64,000 nt of DNA from Polyangiales bacterium. GTDB lineage: Bacteria > Myxococcota_A > Polyangia > Polyangiales > JADJQN01. The notes under the pieces were generated by a model, which saw only the letters and a list, made by a program, of their open reading frames with translations, was not told the origin of the DNA and did no database searches. The first letter of the stretch is position 1. The number at the start of each line of letters is the position of its first letter. This document shows, piece after piece, positions 62,513 to 64,000 of the stretch. The position numbers and the translations under genes were made by a program. The stretch spans positions 96,001 to 160,000 of the forward strand of contig CAXNJO010000011.1 in NCBI GenBank assembly GCA_964202905.1, written 5' to 3'.

Positions 62513-63679
62513 ATGCCCGCCCCGCGACCCGAGCTCGCGCCCCCGCGCGGGCCCCTCGAGCGACTGCCCGAAGAGTGGGCCGAGACCCTCGCGGCGTGGG
62601 GGCAACCGCGCTTCCGTGCGCTGCAGGTGTTCCGCTGGATTCACCAGCGAAACGTCCTCGATCCGCAGCAGATGACGGATCTGCCGAAGACGCTCCGAGC
62701 GCGCCTCGCGGAGGAGGGCCTCGTCGCGCCGCTCGAGGTTGCGCTCTTCCATCGCTCGGCGGATGGGACGCGGAAGATGCTCCTGCGGCTCGCCGACGGG
62801 AAGGACATCGAGAGCGTGCTGCTGCCGCAGGGGGCGCCGGGCGACCTCGCGGTGATGGACGACGACGCCGACGCGGAGGCGGAGCCGCCGCGCGACGCGC
62901 CGCGCACCCCCATCTCGCAGTGCATCTCGACGCAGGTCGGCTGCGCGATGGGGTGCGTGTTCTGTGCCTCCGGCGTCGCAGGCCTGAAGCGGCATCTGAG
63001 CGCGGCGGAGATCGTGGGGCAGGTGCTCGTCGGGCGGGCGCGCGCGGACGCGGGCGAGCACGTCCGCAACGTCGTGCTGATGGGCATGGGCGAGCCGCTC
63101 CACAATTACGACGCGGTTGCACGTGCACTCGTATTGCTGTCGCATCCCGATGGCATCGGGCTCTCGACCCGCCGCGTGACGCTCTCGACGAGCGGCCTGG
63201 TGCCGCAGATCGACCGGCTCGGCCGCGACTTCGGCGGGCTCGTGCAGCTCGCGGTCTCGCTGCACGCGGTGACCGACGAGAAGCGCTCGCTGCTGATGCC
63301 CATCAACCGCAAGCATCCGCTCGACGAGCTGATGGACGCGCTGCGCCGCTACCCGCTCCCGCCGCGCCGCCGGATCACCATCGAATACACGCTGATCGCG
63401 GGCAAGAACGACGATCCGCGCGACGCCGAAGCCCTCGCGCAGTTGCTGCGCGGCGTGCCGGCGAAGGTGAACCTGATCCCGATGAACGGAGTGGCGGGCA
63501 GCCCGCTCGCGGCACCGGGCGCGGACGGCGTCGAGGCGTTCCAGCAGCGGCTGCACGCCTGCGGCGTCGCGGCCTTCGTGCGGCGCACGCGCGGCGACGA
63601 CATCGCGGCGGCCTGCGGGCAGCTCGCGCTCCACGGTGAGAAGCGGCGCATCCGCGTCGACGTCAGCGCGGGCGGCTGA
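62513..63679 (+). CDS. rlmN: 23S rRNA A2503 / tRNA C2-methyltransferase (radical SAM)
   Basis: IESVL, CISTQVGCAMGCVFC, MGMGEPLHN, LSTSG, SLHA, DIAAACGQL. Confidence 0.96.
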   Translation: MPAPRPELAPPRGPLERLPEEWAETLAAWGQPRFRALQVFRWIHQRNVLDPQQMTDLPKTLRARLAEEGLVAPLEVALFHRSADGTRKMLLRLADGKDIESVLLPQGAPGDLAVMDDDADAEAEPPRDAPRTPISQCISTQVGCAMGCVFCASGVAGLKRHLSAAEIVGQVLVGRARADAGEHVRNVVLMGMGEPLHNYDAVARALVLLSHPDGIGLSTRRVTLSTSGLVPQIDRLGRDFGGLVQLAVSLHAVTDEKRSLLMPINRKHPLDELMDALRRYPLPPRRRITIEYTLIAGKNDDPRDAEALAQLLRGVPAKVNLIPMNGVAGSPLAAPGADGVEAFQQRLHACGVAAFVRRTRGDDIAAACGQLALHGEKRRIRVDVSAGG

Positions 63680-63748
63680 AGCGCGCCGCGTCTCGGCGCG
63701 GGCTGCGGGGGGTACCGAGCACGAGCAGCGGGACGGCGCGCGCGGGGC

Positions 63749-64000
63749 TCACTCGCCCCGGCAGTCGAGCGCGGTCGCGAGCAGGCGCGCGTGAGGGCGT
63801 GTCGCGGTGCCCCGTTCTCCGAGCACGAGCAGCGGGCCGGTGCGCGTGCAGCCGAGCGCGGCCTGCGCGATGGCGCGGCCGTCTTCGTAGATCTGCTGCT
63901 CGCGGCCGCGCGTCGCGAGGTCGGGGGTCAGGCGCGTGATGCCGACGAGCACGTCGCGCTGGTAGGTGCGCGGGGCGACCGCGAAGAGCGAGCCGGCGCA
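63749..64000 (-). CDS. 3' end of a hypothetical protein (runs off window end)
   Basis: Open frame from 64000 to TGA at 63749: ...TYQRDVLVGITRL...ALDCRGE. Confidence 0.5.
   Translation of the reverse strand, partial: CAGSLFAVAPRTYQRDVLVGITRLTPDLATRGREQQIYEDGRAIAQAALGCTRTGPLLVLGERGTATRPHARLLATALDCRGE

Noticed and set aside
62513..63679. cfr-type resistance methyltransferase
   Set aside because: Motifs and housekeeping context fit RlmN; no mobile context. A phylogeny would be needed to exclude it formally

Overview
Very GC-rich (roughly 75% by eye), gene-dense chromosomal window. Gene content points to a myxobacterium, probably Myxococcota/Polyangia (inference): a Ser/Thr kinase, PEGA and TPR lipoproteins, DUF1566, and a MopE-motif C-type lectin. 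Most of it is housekeeping: purN-purM, amidase-glnD, rplC-rlmE, holB-metG-HEAT-tatD, acyl-CoA carboxylase-pfk-pgi, GH57-glgB, mazG, efp-epmA, cutA, xerD, icd-mdh-sucCD-ndk, dapD-dapE and rlmN. I saw no tRNA/rRNA, CRISPR array, IS or prophage. The most notable signals are: (1) an orphan short flagellin whose 5' leader has two GGA-loop hairpins typical of CsrA control and no sigma28 promoter; (2) an EpmA that seems to retain a degenerate LysRS-like OB domain; (3) a single-chain GltD/NfnB + PyrK/NfnA fusion flavoprotein; (4) an M1-peptidase-like protein with a broken HExxH motif fused to a probable outer-membrane beta-barrel; (5) an isocitrate dehydrogenase with a cyanobacterial-type insertion; (6) rplC outside the S10 operon, paired with rlmE; (7) a recurring -10-like hexamer 6-11 nt before start codons, suggesting many (near-)leaderless mRNAs; (8) two apparent single-base frameshifts and an internally deleted VIT1/CCC1 remnant. 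All calls come from reading motifs by eye; no database searches were run.
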